Source: Candidatus Nanoarchaeia archaeon (GTDB lineage Archaea > Nanobdellota > Nanobdellia > Woesearchaeales > ARS49). From it: a stretch of 64,000 nucleotides of DNA. Made by a program: the position numbers and the translations under genes. This document shows, piece by piece, positions 52,190-61,207 of the stretch. The notes below the pieces were generated by a model, which searched no databases, was not told the origin of the DNA, and saw nothing but the letters and a program-made list of their open reading frames with translations. Where the stretch lies: the NCBI GenBank assembly GCA_041488275.1, contig JBGPOY010000003.1, positions 14,092 to 78,091 of the forward strand, in the 5' to 3' direction. Numbering within the stretch: the stretch's first letter is position 1; each line of letters opens with the position of its first letter.

Positions 52190-52980
52190 TGGCAGTCGTC
52201 CTTTCGCTGACGGATGAAGCCCGCGCCGCAGGCGTTTTGTGGGATAACCGCACGCTCCGCGTGCCGAAGAACACGCGCCTCACGGAACCGCTGACCTACA
52301 CCGCGACCGGCGACACGCCGTTCACCGTCGAGCTTGACGCGAACGCGCGGCTCACACTTATTGAAACGCTGACCAAGGACAAGAGCGTCAACCTCAGCAC
52401 GACGCTGACGCTCGGCGAGAAAGCGCAGCTCCAACTTATCAGCGTCGGCACGGAGAGCAACATCAACGTGCAGCGCTCCGTGAAACTCGCGGGCGCGGAC
52501 AGCGCGTACCGCGAACACGACGTCTTTGTCGGCACCGGGCAACAGGGGTTTAGTATCGCAACGACCGTCGAGAATGCCGCCCCCCGCACATCGGCAGAAG
52601 TACAGATGCACGGCGTGCTCGACAACGCCGCCACTGCCTCGTGCACCGGACGCATGACGATTCCGAAAGGCGCCGTGAAAGCGCGTTCACGCCTCGCCCA
52701 GCACGTGCTCCTGCTCAGCCCGAACGCCAAGGCAGAAACGTTTCCCTATCTTGAGATTGAAGAGAACGACGTGCAGGCGGGCCACGCCGCAACGGTTCGG
52801 CCGCTCGACGCCGACAGCCTGTTTTACTTGCGTTCGCGCGGCTTGCCTGACGGCGAAGCGCGCGCACTCCTCATCAAGGGCTTCCTCGCGCCGTTCCTCG
52901 CCGCGCTCACGCCTGAAGCGCAAACGCTCATCTTGAGCCACATCAACCAGAAACTCGACCATGCACTCGCAACTCAGTAA
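52189..52980 (+). CDS. sufD: SufD-like protein (short)
   Basis: From the ATG overlapping the sufB stop (TAATG). The C-terminus ...HAATVRPLD...LFYLRSRGL....A..LL..GF is typical of SufB/D. Confidence 0.75.
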   Translation: MAVVLSLTDEARAAGVLWDNRTLRVPKNTRLTEPLTYTATGDTPFTVELDANARLTLIETLTKDKSVNLSTTLTLGEKAQLQLISVGTESNINVQRSVKLAGADSAYREHDVFVGTGQQGFSIATTVENAAPRTSAEVQMHGVLDNAATASCTGRMTIPKGAVKARSRLAQHVLLLSPNAKAETFPYLEIEENDVQAGHAATVRPLDADSLFYLRSRGLPDGEARALLIKGFLAPFLAALTPEAQTLILSHINQKLDHALATQ

Positions 52981-54190
52981 GAACCCAAAGACGGAATTGA
53001 ACGTCCGCGCAGATTTCCCTATCCTCGCGCAGCCGGTAGTCTATCTCGACAGTGCTGCAACGAGCCAGAAACCTGCTGCAGTCATCCGCACGCTCGAACA
53101 GTTTTACAAAACAACGAACGCCAACGTGCACCGTGGCGTGTACCAATGGAGCGCGCAGGCGACTTCCCTCTACGAAGGCGCGCGCAAGAAAGTGGCGGGC
53201 TTCATCAACGCGCAGCCGCACGAAATCGTGTTTGTCCGCAACGCGACCGAAGCAGTCAACCTCGTCAGTCACAGCTGGGCAGGATATCGCCTCAATAAAG
53301 GCGACCGAATCCTTTTGACGGCAATGGAACACCACAGCAACATCGTCCCGTGGCAAATTGCAGCAAAGTGGAAAGGCGCAGAAATCGACTATATCCCTCT
53401 CACGAAAGAAGGCACGCTCGACATGACTGAAGCGAAGAAGCTGCTCGCCAAGAAACCGAAACTGCTCGCACTCACGCACGTTTCGAACGTGCTCGGCACC
53501 ATTAACCCTATCAACGAGCTCATTACGCTGGCGCATGCGCAGGGAACAAAGGTTCTCATCGACGCGTGCCAGAGCGTTCCGCACCTTCCTATCGACGTGA
53601 AGGCGCTTGACGCTGATTTCCTTGTCTTTTCGGGGCATAAGCTGTTCGCGCCCAGCATCGGCGTCCTGTACGCCAAGGAAGCGCTCCTCGAAAGCATGGA
53701 GCCGTTCCTGACGGGCGGCGATATGGTCAAGGAAGTCACGCTCGCGAACGCGACGTGGAACGCAATCCCGTGGAAGTTCGAGGCAGGCACGCCCGCCGTT
53801 GCCGAAGCGGTCGCGCTCGGAAGCGCGGTTGACTATCTCAACGCAGCGGGAATGGAAAATGTCCAGCAACACGATCAAGCACTTATTCGCTACGCGCAAG
53901 AACAGCTTGCGCAGATTCCAGGCATCACTATCTACGGTCCTCGCGATGCCTCTCAGCGTTGCGGTGTCGTCGCGTTCAACCTCGCGGACGTGCACCCGCA
54001 CGACCTCGCGAGCGTGCTTGACGAGCGCGGCGTTGCCGTGCGTTCGGGACATCATTGCGCCATGCCGCTCCACGCAGCTCTTGGAGCTCCGGCCACGTGC
54101 CGCATGAGCATCGCACTCTATAACACTCACGAAGACATTGATGCGCTGGTTACAGCGCTGCGCGAAGCGCGGAGCGTCTTCAAACTATGA
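52961..54190 (+). CDS. sufS: Cysteine desulfurase SufS (class V aminotransferase)
   Basis: 409 aa. Collinear throughout with SufS/CsdA, including the SGHK PLP-lysine and RSGHHCA active-site Cys loop. Confidence 0.9.
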   Translation: MHSQLSKNPKTELNVRADFPILAQPVVYLDSAATSQKPAAVIRTLEQFYKTTNANVHRGVYQWSAQATSLYEGARKKVAGFINAQPHEIVFVRNATEAVNLVSHSWAGYRLNKGDRILLTAMEHHSNIVPWQIAAKWKGAEIDYIPLTKEGTLDMTEAKKLLAKKPKLLALTHVSNVLGTINPINELITLAHAQGTKVLIDACQSVPHLPIDVKALDADFLVFSGHKLFAPSIGVLYAKEALLESMEPFLTGGDMVKEVTLANATWNAIPWKFEAGTPAVAEAVALGSAVDYLNAAGMENVQQHDQALIRYAQEQLAQIPGITIYGPRDASQRCGVVAFNLADVHPHDLASVLDERGVAVRSGHHCAMPLHAALGAPATCRMSIALYNTHEDIDALVTALREARSVFKL

Positions 54191-54591
54191 GCGAGATGTT
54201 CACCGAGATTATCTTGGACTATTACCGGCACCCGCGCAACCGCGGAGTCATTGCGAACGCTGACGCGAGCGCGCGCGACACGAATCCGCTGTGCGGCGAC
54301 GTGCTCACGATGAGCCTGAAGCTCGACGGAACGACGGTCGCGGACGCGAAGTTTGACGGGCATGGCTGCGCCATTTCGCAGGCGGCGGCAAGCATGCTCG
54401 CCGAGCACGCACAAGGCAAGCCGCTCGACGCAATTCGCACGCTTGCGAAGCAGGACGTGCTCACGATGCTCAACATCCCGATTTCGCCGGTGCGGCTGAA
54501 GTGCGCGCTGCTCGGACTTAAAGTACTGAAGCTCGCCGCCTACCAAAAACTGGGCGCGCAGCTGACGCGAGAGGAGGCAGAACTCGTATGA
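54187..54591 (+). CDS. sufU: SufU/IscU-like sulfur acceptor
   Basis: NPLCGD, GHGCAIS and LKCALLG Cys motifs. Confidence 0.85.
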   Translation: MSEMFTEIILDYYRHPRNRGVIANADASARDTNPLCGDVLTMSLKLDGTTVADAKFDGHGCAISQAAASMLAEHAQGKPLDAIRTLAKQDVLTMLNIPISPVRLKCALLGLKVLKLAAYQKLGAQLTREEAELV

Positions 54592-54776
54592 CTGACGAAA
54601 AGAAAGACACGAAGAAACGGAAAGTCGAAGTAAAGGTCGCCGGCCCGAATTATCAGGAAAAGGACCCGATGCTGGCGATTATCGAACAGCTCGACCAATA
54701 CGACGAAGGCACGCCGAAACGCAAGCACGAGTCGATGTGCAACAACCCCCATCATGACCACGCCGACGTATCTTGA
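54588..54776 (+). CDS. Small charged hypothetical ORF between sufU and the second desulfurase
   Basis: 62 aa. Overlaps both neighbours. No motif recognised. Confidence 0.25.
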   Translation: MTDEKKDTKKRKVEVKVAGPNYQEKDPMLAIIEQLDQYDEGTPKRKHESMCNNPHHDHADVS

Positions 54777-55884
54777 CGCAAGCGCCACGACTCCGGTCGA
54801 CCCCGGCGTTCGCACGGCGATGGAACCGTTCCTCTCGCGCGAGTTCGCAAACCCTTCTTCGCTGCACGAGGCAGGACAGCATGCGCGTGATGCGGTTGAG
54901 CTCAGCCGGCTCGCGATTGCGCGCATCCTGAACTGCAGTCCGAGCGAGATTTTCTTCACGTCCGGCGGCACGGAAAGCATCAACTGGGCGCTCAAGGGCG
55001 CGCTGAAGGCTTCCGCGAAGAAGCACATCATCACAACGGCGATTGAGCACCACGCCGTTTTGGAAACGTGCGCGTATTTGAAAGCGCACGAAAGCGCGAG
55101 CGTCACGATTGTTCCCGTCGACAAAGATGGCAGAGTCACGCTCTCCACGATTGAACAGGCAATTACTCCCCACACGCTTCTGATTTCCGCGATGTACGTC
55201 AACAACGAGCTCGGCACGATTCAGCCCGTGCAGGACATCGGCGCGCTGGCGCGCAAGCACAAGGTATTGTTCCACGTTGATGCCTGCCAAGCAGGGCTGC
55301 TCGACCTTGATGTCAAGAAACTGAACTGTGATTTGCTTTCGCTCAACGCGAGCAAGCTCGAAGGGCCGAAAGGTGTCGGCTTGCTGTACGTTCGCAGCGG
55401 CGTGAAACTGGTTCCGTTGCTGCACGGCGGCGGGCAGGAACACGGACAGCGTTCCGGCACCGAGAACGTGCCCGGCATTGTCGGGTTTGCGAAAGCGCTT
55501 GAGCTCGCGCAGGCGCACCGCGGCAGGGAACTGACGCGTATGAAGCAGCTGCAGCAGACGCTTGAGCAGGGGCTCGCCGAAGCGGGCGCGACCATCAACG
55601 GCGCAGCCGCTCCTCGCACGGCAATCACGAGCGCGACGTTCACGGGGAGCGAAGCAGAATCTTTGCTCTTGCAGTTGAGCGACCGCAAGGTGTTCGTGTC
55701 AACCGGCAGCGCGTGCGCGACCAAGCAGCGCGAACCTTCTCACGTGCTCCGCGCCATCGGTCTGTCGCCGAAGGACGCCCACGCGACGCTCCGCTTCTCG
55801 CTGAGCAGGAACACGACCGTGCAGGACATCGAGCGCGCAGTAAATGCTGTGAAGGACGTTCTGCTTGTTCGTAACGTTTATTAA
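54754..55884 (+). CDS. Second cysteine desulfurase (NifS/IscS-like)
   Basis: YLDASATTPVDP, the SLNASKLEGPKG PLP-Lys region, and STGSACA active-site Cys. Confidence 0.88.
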   Translation: MTTPTYLDASATTPVDPGVRTAMEPFLSREFANPSSLHEAGQHARDAVELSRLAIARILNCSPSEIFFTSGGTESINWALKGALKASAKKHIITTAIEHHAVLETCAYLKAHESASVTIVPVDKDGRVTLSTIEQAITPHTLLISAMYVNNELGTIQPVQDIGALARKHKVLFHVDACQAGLLDLDVKKLNCDLLSLNASKLEGPKGVGLLYVRSGVKLVPLLHGGGQEHGQRSGTENVPGIVGFAKALELAQAHRGRELTRMKQLQQTLEQGLAEAGATINGAAAPRTAITSATFTGSEAESLLLQLSDRKVFVSTGSACATKQREPSHVLRAIGLSPKDAHATLRFSLSRNTTVQDIERAVNAVKDVLLVRNVY

Positions 55885-55906
55885 GTCCTGATTCTCTTTT
55901 CGGTGT

Positions 55907-56377
55907 ATGTTCGACCGTCTCGCGTCGCATGGCGTATTGCACGCCGCAGCCCACGTCGGGTTCTTCTCAGGCATGGGCATGCTCCTGCCGCTCATCACGA
56001 ACGCGTGGACCAAGCACGTCCAGCCGTGGCTGTACTCGCCGTACGGGTTCTACGTCGCGATTGGCTTAATCGTGTTCAGCCTGCTCATTATCGGTTTTCT
56101 TGCCGGCAGCGCGAGCAAGCTGCTCAAGAGCGTCGGCTGGCTGGTCATCGTGCCCGGAGTCCTCGCCATCATGTTTACCGCGTTCGGGCAGGCGACGGTC
56201 GGGGGCTGGGCGCAGGCGCACATTACGGGCTTTACCACCGTCCAGCCGCTGTTTGACGTCTTTGTGGCGCATACGGTTCCCAGTACTGCGGTCGTCGGCG
56301 GGATGTACATCCTTATCGGCATGTCCTGCCTCTGGCTGGGCGGAAAAATCAAGCACGCCGCAAGCCTGATTGGATAA
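55907..56377 (+). CDS. Hypothetical polytopic membrane protein
   Basis: 156 aa with four or five hydrophobic helices. Confidence 0.5.
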   Translation: MFDRLASHGVLHAAAHVGFFSGMGMLLPLITNAWTKHVQPWLYSPYGFYVAIGLIVFSLLIIGFLAGSASKLLKSVGWLVIVPGVLAIMFTAFGQATVGGWAQAHITGFTTVQPLFDVFVAHTVPSTAVVGGMYILIGMSCLWLGGKIKHAASLIG

Positions 56378-56454
56378 CTACAACACCGTTGCAGTTCTCG
56401 CGTGCGCAATGATTATCCTTTCTACAACTCCTTCTGTTGTCTGAGGTGGTCATC

Positions 56455-57282
56455 ATGGCCCGATCCGCATTGAAACCCGCACCGCAACCGACGTTCCAAG
56501 AACTGTTAAAGTCGCACACGCTCCAATCGCCGCCGAACCTTGACGACGAGATTGCCAAGACGCTCGACGGAATGGGGCGTCTGGCGACGCGCGGATTTAT
56601 GCACCAGAACGATGCCAACTACTGGACCTCCATGTCGATGCTCGTTGAGCACTATTTCTCGCTGCAAATCGCGAAGCGAGGGTATGCACCCATCAATAAC
56701 GAGCTGTTCAACATCACGCGGTACGCGACCGTGGACGTGACGTACGAGAAGGACAACCGCGGCGCGATGATGACGCACGCGCATTCTCTTGAACTGCCCT
56801 TGTTCCTCGCCGCGTCGATGGGCGCCGAAAACTGGGAATGGACTCGCCAAGTCAGCCACCAATTCGACGAGTACAACCGCGAGCACGTAGCGCAAGTCAA
56901 GATTACGGCGCCGGTTCCCGCACCGACGAGCGCAGTCCAGCAGAAAGCGCTGGAAGCGAGCGCGGCAGTGCACGAAATCATTGCGCAGTCCCGCCGGGAA
57001 AAAGTGCTGTCAGACTTGCTGATGTTTTCCAAGCAGAAACTTCCGCAGCCGACCGAAGACCTCTGCACCATCTGGATTCCCCGCGATGAGGACGTGAGCG
57101 TCAGCTATTCCGTGACGCGCAAACCCGAACGCGACCCCGCGCTGACGCTGTGGTACCAGAAACGCCACTTTGTCATCACCACGTGGAACGTTCCGGAAGA
57201 GAAGCCGTTCGAGCGCATCCTGCAGGAATACGCAGGGATGCAGAACCTGCAGCCGTTCAAGGACGAACTGAAGCTATCCTGA
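56455..57282 (+). CDS. Hypothetical protein, first gene of the ATPase/CYTH operon
   Basis: The ATG at 56455 is preceded by gaggtgg. Its stop overlaps the next ATG (TGATG). No motif recognised. Confidence 0.5.
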   Translation: MARSALKPAPQPTFQELLKSHTLQSPPNLDDEIAKTLDGMGRLATRGFMHQNDANYWTSMSMLVEHYFSLQIAKRGYAPINNELFNITRYATVDVTYEKDNRGAMMTHAHSLELPLFLAASMGAENWEWTRQVSHQFDEYNREHVAQVKITAPVPAPTSAVQQKALEASAAVHEIIAQSRREKVLSDLLMFSKQKLPQPTEDLCTIWIPRDEDVSVSYSVTRKPERDPALTLWYQKRHFVITTWNVPEEKPFERILQEYAGMQNLQPFKDELKLS

Positions 57283-57851
57283 TGCCCGACTACATCATTG
57301 CAGGCCCGCCGTGCTGCGGCAAGAGCTCCGTCGTGGAGGGGTTGTACTGGCGAGGCTATGGCGTCGTGCTCGAATCCGCACGAGAAGTCATACGCGAGCA
57401 GCAGCCGCTGAAGAACCCTATCCTGCCCGATACGTGCATCGTCGCGTTCCAAGTGCTCGTGTATCAGCATCATCTGCGGGCGTTGGAAAAGTCGCGCAAG
57501 CCGCTGCGATTCCTCGACCGCGCTCCCGCGATTGAAAGTGAAGTGTATTGCCAGATGCAAGGGCAGCGGCTTCCCGAGCACTTCAAGCACGTGCTGGACC
57601 GCCACGTGCGCGGGCGGTACGAAAAGATTTTCTTTTTGGACCCGCTGCCGCATTACGAGAACGACGCCGAGCGCAGGGAAACGCGCGAGCAGGCGTGCCG
57701 GCTGGGAACGTGTCTGGAAGAGGCGTACGTCGCGTCAGGCTGCGATGTGGTTCGCGTCCCGTTATTCCCCGGCACGCCCGAACAATCAATTGATAAACGG
57801 ATACGGTTTATCCTCGACCATGTACGAACACGAACTGAAGTTCCGCGTTGA
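57282..57851 (+). CDS. Small P-loop NTPase/kinase-like protein
   Basis: N-terminal Walker A IIAGPPCCGKSS. 189 aa. Confidence 0.6.
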   Translation: MPDYIIAGPPCCGKSSVVEGLYWRGYGVVLESAREVIREQQPLKNPILPDTCIVAFQVLVYQHHLRALEKSRKPLRFLDRAPAIESEVYCQMQGQRLPEHFKHVLDRHVRGRYEKIFFLDPLPHYENDAERRETREQACRLGTCLEEAYVASGCDVVRVPLFPGTPEQSIDKRIRFILDHVRTRTEVPR

Positions 57852-58299
57852 CGACCTCGCAGCGGTTGAAAAGAAAATTCTGGCGCGCGGCGGCGTCGCG
57901 CACGGCACCCGGAACGAGGACAATTACTTCATCCGGTTCGGCGGCTGGCTGCTTCGCCTGCGCACCGACCCGCCGACGCTCACCGTGAAAGGACCGCAAC
58001 AGAAGAACTCTCCCGTGCGTTCGGCGCTTGAATTCAACGTTCCCGTTCCGCGTTTCTTGCTCGGGCTTGCGGTCGCGCTTTTCCCGAAACGCCACCATTA
58101 CGCCAAAATCAGGAAAGTATTCACGCTCGCGAAGACCGAAGTCGTGCTGGACACGCTCGTTTTCGGCACGTTTGTCGAGATTGAAGGCGCCATTAAGGAC
58201 GTTTTGGCAGTTCAGAAATTGCTCGGACTGAAAACTCCCACCCGCGAAACGTATTCTCGGCTTGCAGAAAGCGCTACGCGTGCTTCTTCGGCGTCTTAG
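57820..58299 (+). CDS. CYTH-domain (triphosphate tunnel metalloenzyme) protein
   Basis: The N-terminal EHELKF carries the ExExK signature. About 159 aa, beta-rich. Overlaps the ATPase gene by 32 nt. Confidence 0.65.
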   Translation: MYEHELKFRVDDLAAVEKKILARGGVAHGTRNEDNYFIRFGGWLLRLRTDPPTLTVKGPQQKNSPVRSALEFNVPVPRFLLGLAVALFPKRHHYAKIRKVFTLAKTEVVLDTLVFGTFVEIEGAIKDVLAVQKLLGLKTPTRETYSRLAESATRASSAS

Positions 58300-59734
58300 T
58301 CGGCAGCGTGAACGTAAACGTGCTGCCCTTGCCCAGTCCTTTGCTGGCCGCGTGGATGGTGCCGCCGTGCGCATCAACGATGATTTTGCACGTGTAAAGC
58401 CCCAATCCGGTTCCGATGCCGGTCTGTTCCTGCACGCGGAAGAATTCAGTGAAAAGCTCGGAAAGCACGTCAGGAGCAATCCCGATGCCGGTGTCCTTGA
58501 ATTCAACCGCCACTGAACCTGCCTTACGGCGGGCAGTAATCGTGATGCTGCCTCCTTGCACATTGTACTTGATGGCATTGTTGAGGAGGTTTGAAATGAC
58601 ATCAGTCATCAGCGATTCATCAACGCGAATGGGCGGCAGAGACGCAAGATTGAGGGTGACCAGCAAGCCCTTTCCTCGCGCAACCTCTTCTTGCCGATTT
58701 ACTTCATTATGGATAATCTGTGGCAGTGAAACCAACGTGCGATTGACGACGACGCCCGTCCTGCGGATTTTTGCGATGTTGAGGAACCGCTGGATGAGCT
58801 CGCGGAGCCTGCGGCTGTCGGACATGATGAGGTTGACCGCTTCCTGCTGACGCGGGGAAAGCTCGCCGTATTTTCCATCAGTCAATAAATCAGCAAACCC
58901 CAAGATGCTCGTGATGGGCGTCGCGAACTGGTGCACGACCGACGCGACGAGCGTTTCCTTGAATGTCTCGGCGCGCTTGCGTTCGGTGATGTCGCGCATC
59001 GTCGCTTGAAGAGTCCCGTCGGGCAGTCGACGCCCGCTGACTTCCGCAGTAAAAACCGAGCCGTCCTTGCGAAGAACGTGCCGCTCGAACCGGACCGGTT
59101 CTCCTGCATTAACTTGGGCGAGGCGTTGTTTCCCTGTGGGAATTTCTGAGGGAAGGTACGTGGCAAATGCAGACATTTTGTACAGCTCCTCCTGCGAATA
59201 GCCAAGCATGGCACAAAACTGTTTGTTGACGAGCAGAAAGTTCGCCTTGGAATCCACCAAATAGATGCCGTCCGCAGCCTGCTCGATAAAGATGCGGTAT
59301 CGCTGTTCGCTTTCCCGTATCTTCTGCTCTGTCTTTTTTTGCTCCGTGATGTCATGGAATAGCTGCTGGATCAAGAGCTTGCCGTCTTCCAGAAAAGGGA
59401 ATGACGTAAACTGCACCATGCGCACGCCTCCATCGAGCTGTTGAATCTGCTGTTCAGTCGCTGGCGCGGGCTGGAAGTTCCGCGACATTTTGCGCCAGCG
59501 GGCATGAAGCACATCGCGGAACCCTTTGCCAAAAAACAAGTGTTCAGGTTTTCCGACAACCTGTCTCAGAGATGAAGCGCCCAGCATCCGCAGCCCCGCA
59601 CGGTTAATGAACACAATCTTGTCTCCGTCCCTAAAGATGACGGGTTCGGAAAAAGTCTCGAGCAGCTTGCGGTACGCGCTTCCGGTGTGAAGAAGTTGCT
59701 CAGACTTTTCGAAAGACGACGTTGAGCGCGCCAT
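58274..59734 (-). CDS. Cytoplasmic PAS-domain sensor histidine kinase
   Basis: Two PAS-like segments, H-box VVHQFATPITSI, and HATPase N/G boxes (NLLNNAIKY, DTGIGI, GTGLGL). Confidence 0.88.
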   Translation of the reverse strand: MARSTSSFEKSEQLLHTGSAYRKLLETFSEPVIFRDGDKIVFINRAGLRMLGASSLRQVVGKPEHLFFGKGFRDVLHARWRKMSRNFQPAPATEQQIQQLDGGVRMVQFTSFPFLEDGKLLIQQLFHDITEQKKTEQKIRESEQRYRIFIEQAADGIYLVDSKANFLLVNKQFCAMLGYSQEELYKMSAFATYLPSEIPTGKQRLAQVNAGEPVRFERHVLRKDGSVFTAEVSGRRLPDGTLQATMRDITERKRAETFKETLVASVVHQFATPITSILGFADLLTDGKYGELSPRQQEAVNLIMSDSRRLRELIQRFLNIAKIRRTGVVVNRTLVSLPQIIHNEVNRQEEVARGKGLLVTLNLASLPPIRVDESLMTDVISNLLNNAIKYNVQGGSITITARRKAGSVAVEFKDTGIGIAPDVLSELFTEFFRVQEQTGIGTGLGLYTCKIIVDAHGGTIHAASKGLGKGSTFTFTLPTKTPKKHA

Positions 59735-60129
59735 CAGCCGAGCGCTTTCTTGACGCGCTTCACCAAGTCCTTGTTGTCAAAGGGTTTGGGAACATAGTCG
59801 CTGATGCGGAGGCGCTTCATTTCCTGCATTGCCTGCAGTCCGAACTCGGCCACGGTCACGAAGATGAGCTTGACCTTGTCCCACTTCTCGTTCTTGCGGA
59901 TGCGCTCGCAGAGCTCGCGCCCGTTCATGTCCGGCATGAAGAAATCGACCAAGACCAAATCAAAGGAACTCTTGCGCATGGCGGCAAGCGCCTCGGCGCC
60001 GCCGAGAACCATCATCGCATCGTACCCTTCATTATCGAACAACGTTTTGAGAAGCTTCAAGACGTTCGGCTCGTCATCGACGAGGAGGATACGTTTTCTG
60101 GTCACCGTTTTTGCCACAGACTGCCTCAA
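59734..60129 (-). CDS. CheY-like response regulator receiver (stand-alone)
   Basis: ILLVDDEP...LVLVDFFMPDMNG...K receiver motifs. TTG or GTG start. TATA tttataaa lies at about 60166. Confidence 0.85.
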   Translation of the reverse strand: MRQSVAKTVTRKRILLVDDEPNVLKLLKTLFDNEGYDAMMVLGGAEALAAMRKSSFDLVLVDFFMPDMNGRELCERIRKNEKWDKVKLIFVTVAEFGLQAMQEMKRLRISDYVPKPFDNKDLVKRVKKALG

Positions 60130-60216
60130 AGGAATACTGTGATTTATCGAAAGGTCGTGAGGCGTATTTATAAACTTTTGCGACGGAAAGTTGACGAAGA
60201 CCGATGCGCCGGACGC

Positions 60217-60708
60217 TCACTCGAACAGTGCCGCGACTGCGCTGAAAAGTCCGCGCATCATCCGCCGCGTCTTTGAGAACATCGGTCCGGAATACATGAA
60301 CGCGAAGAGCAGTCCCAGAATGATGAGACTGGCGTCGTAGGTCTGCCGCGCGAAGTAGTCGCACGCGAGCGCGGGGCTGCTCGTGCACGTCAGGAGCAAG
60401 CCAAACTCATCCATAAACAATCCCATGCCGATGCCGAACAACACGGCGGCCACGTTGAACATGCGCGGACGGTTGGTCGTCAGCGCAATCCAGTTCGCGA
60501 TGGCAATGAGGAAAAAGCCGTAATAAAAATGGTGGATATGGTAACTGCGAATGAACAACCGCAGCCAGGACGGACCGTACATCACCGTCATCCGCGAAAC
60601 AATGAACGACAGGCTGAACGAGACGGCGATGAGGAACGGCGTCATCTTCCTGCGTCGGAGAATATCCTCATAGAAGACGCTTCTCAGCTCGCGAATCCAG
60701 TCCAACAT
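60217..60708 (-). CDS. Hypothetical membrane protein whose ATG lies 1 nt after tRNA-Ser(CGA)
   Basis: 163 aa with about four TM helices. The ATG at 60708-60706 follows the discriminator at 60710 after a single T. Confidence 0.55.
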   Translation of the reverse strand: MLDWIRELRSVFYEDILRRRKMTPFLIAVSFSLSFIVSRMTVMYGPSWLRLFIRSYHIHHFYYGFFLIAIANWIALTTNRPRMFNVAAVLFGIGMGLFMDEFGLLLTCTSSPALACDYFARQTYDASLIILGLLFAFMYSGPMFSKTRRMMRGLFSAVAALFE

Positions 60709-60709
60709 A

Positions 60710-60792
60710 CGCCGCCGGCAGGATTTGAACCTGCAGCCCCTTGCGGGAACGGTTTTCGAGACCGTCGCACTACCGGATTATGCGACAGCGGC
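60710..60792 (-). tRNA. tRNA-Ser(CGA)
   Basis: Acceptor GCCGCTG/CGGCGGC, anticodon stem ACGGT/ACCGT with loop CTCGAAA, long variable arm TCCCGCAAGGGGC, T arm GCAGG-TTCAAAT-CCTGC. Confidence 0.88.
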
Positions 60793-60891
60793 ATTGAAAG
60801 TGTGTACATGCGCCACGGAGGCTCGCTCCCTGACGACTGCCGATGTCGCGACCGCCGAGCGGCCTCGGCGTGGATGCGACAGCGGCATTGA
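60780..60891 (-). repeat. 18-nt direct repeat of the tRNA-Ser(CGA) 5' end plus leader, bracketing a 76-nt hairpin-bearing insert
   Basis: atgcgacagcggcattga occurs at 60780-60797 and 60874-60891. The hairpin gccgag-cggc-ctcggc lies at 60854-60869. Confidence 0.8.
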
Positions 60892-60897
60892 GTGTGG

Positions 60898-61047
60898 TCA
60901 AAATTCCGAGAGCGCTCTATTTGTTCCTTGCGCCTTTGCTTTTCTCAGCTCAGGAACGTTCTTTACGGCATTCGCAACGACGACCTGCTTGATGTCTTCG
61001 AACTGCGTAAGACGCGTGTTTTTCTTGGCTTCTTCGGAACTGACCAT
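60898..61047 (-). CDS. Possible 49-aa protein whose ATG lies 1 nt after tRNA-Glu
   Basis: My own translation gives MVSSEEAKKNTRLTQFEDIKQVVVANAVKNVPELRKAKAQGTNRALSEF. It is below the ORF-track cutoff. Confidence 0.35.
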   Translation of the reverse strand: MVSSEEAKKNTRLTQFEDIKQVVVANAVKNVPELRKAKAQGTNRALSEF

Positions 61048-61048
61048 A

Positions 61049-61123
61049 TGCACCCGGCGGGATTCGAACCCGCGTCGCCGCCGCGAGAGGGCAGCATCCT
61101 TGACCGGACTAGACTACAGGTGC
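61049..61123 (-). tRNA. tRNA-Glu(CTC)
   Basis: Acceptor GCACCTG/CGGGTGC, anticodon stem CTGCC/GGCGG, loop CTCTCGC, T arm GCGGG-TTCGAAT-CCCGC. Confidence 0.9.
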
Positions 61124-61145
61124 GCTCCTCGTTCGTCCTGAGAAG

Positions 61146-61162
61146 GCATTTAAAAAGGTTAC
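61146..61162 (-). promoter_or_regulatory. TATA promoter for tRNA-Glu
   Basis: cctttttaaatg (minus-strand reading) lies about 27 nt upstream of 61123. Confidence 0.5.
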
Positions 61163-61207
61163 TAAGAAAAAAAAGGCGCGCACGAAGCGCGCAAAAAGGA
61201 AGAACAA

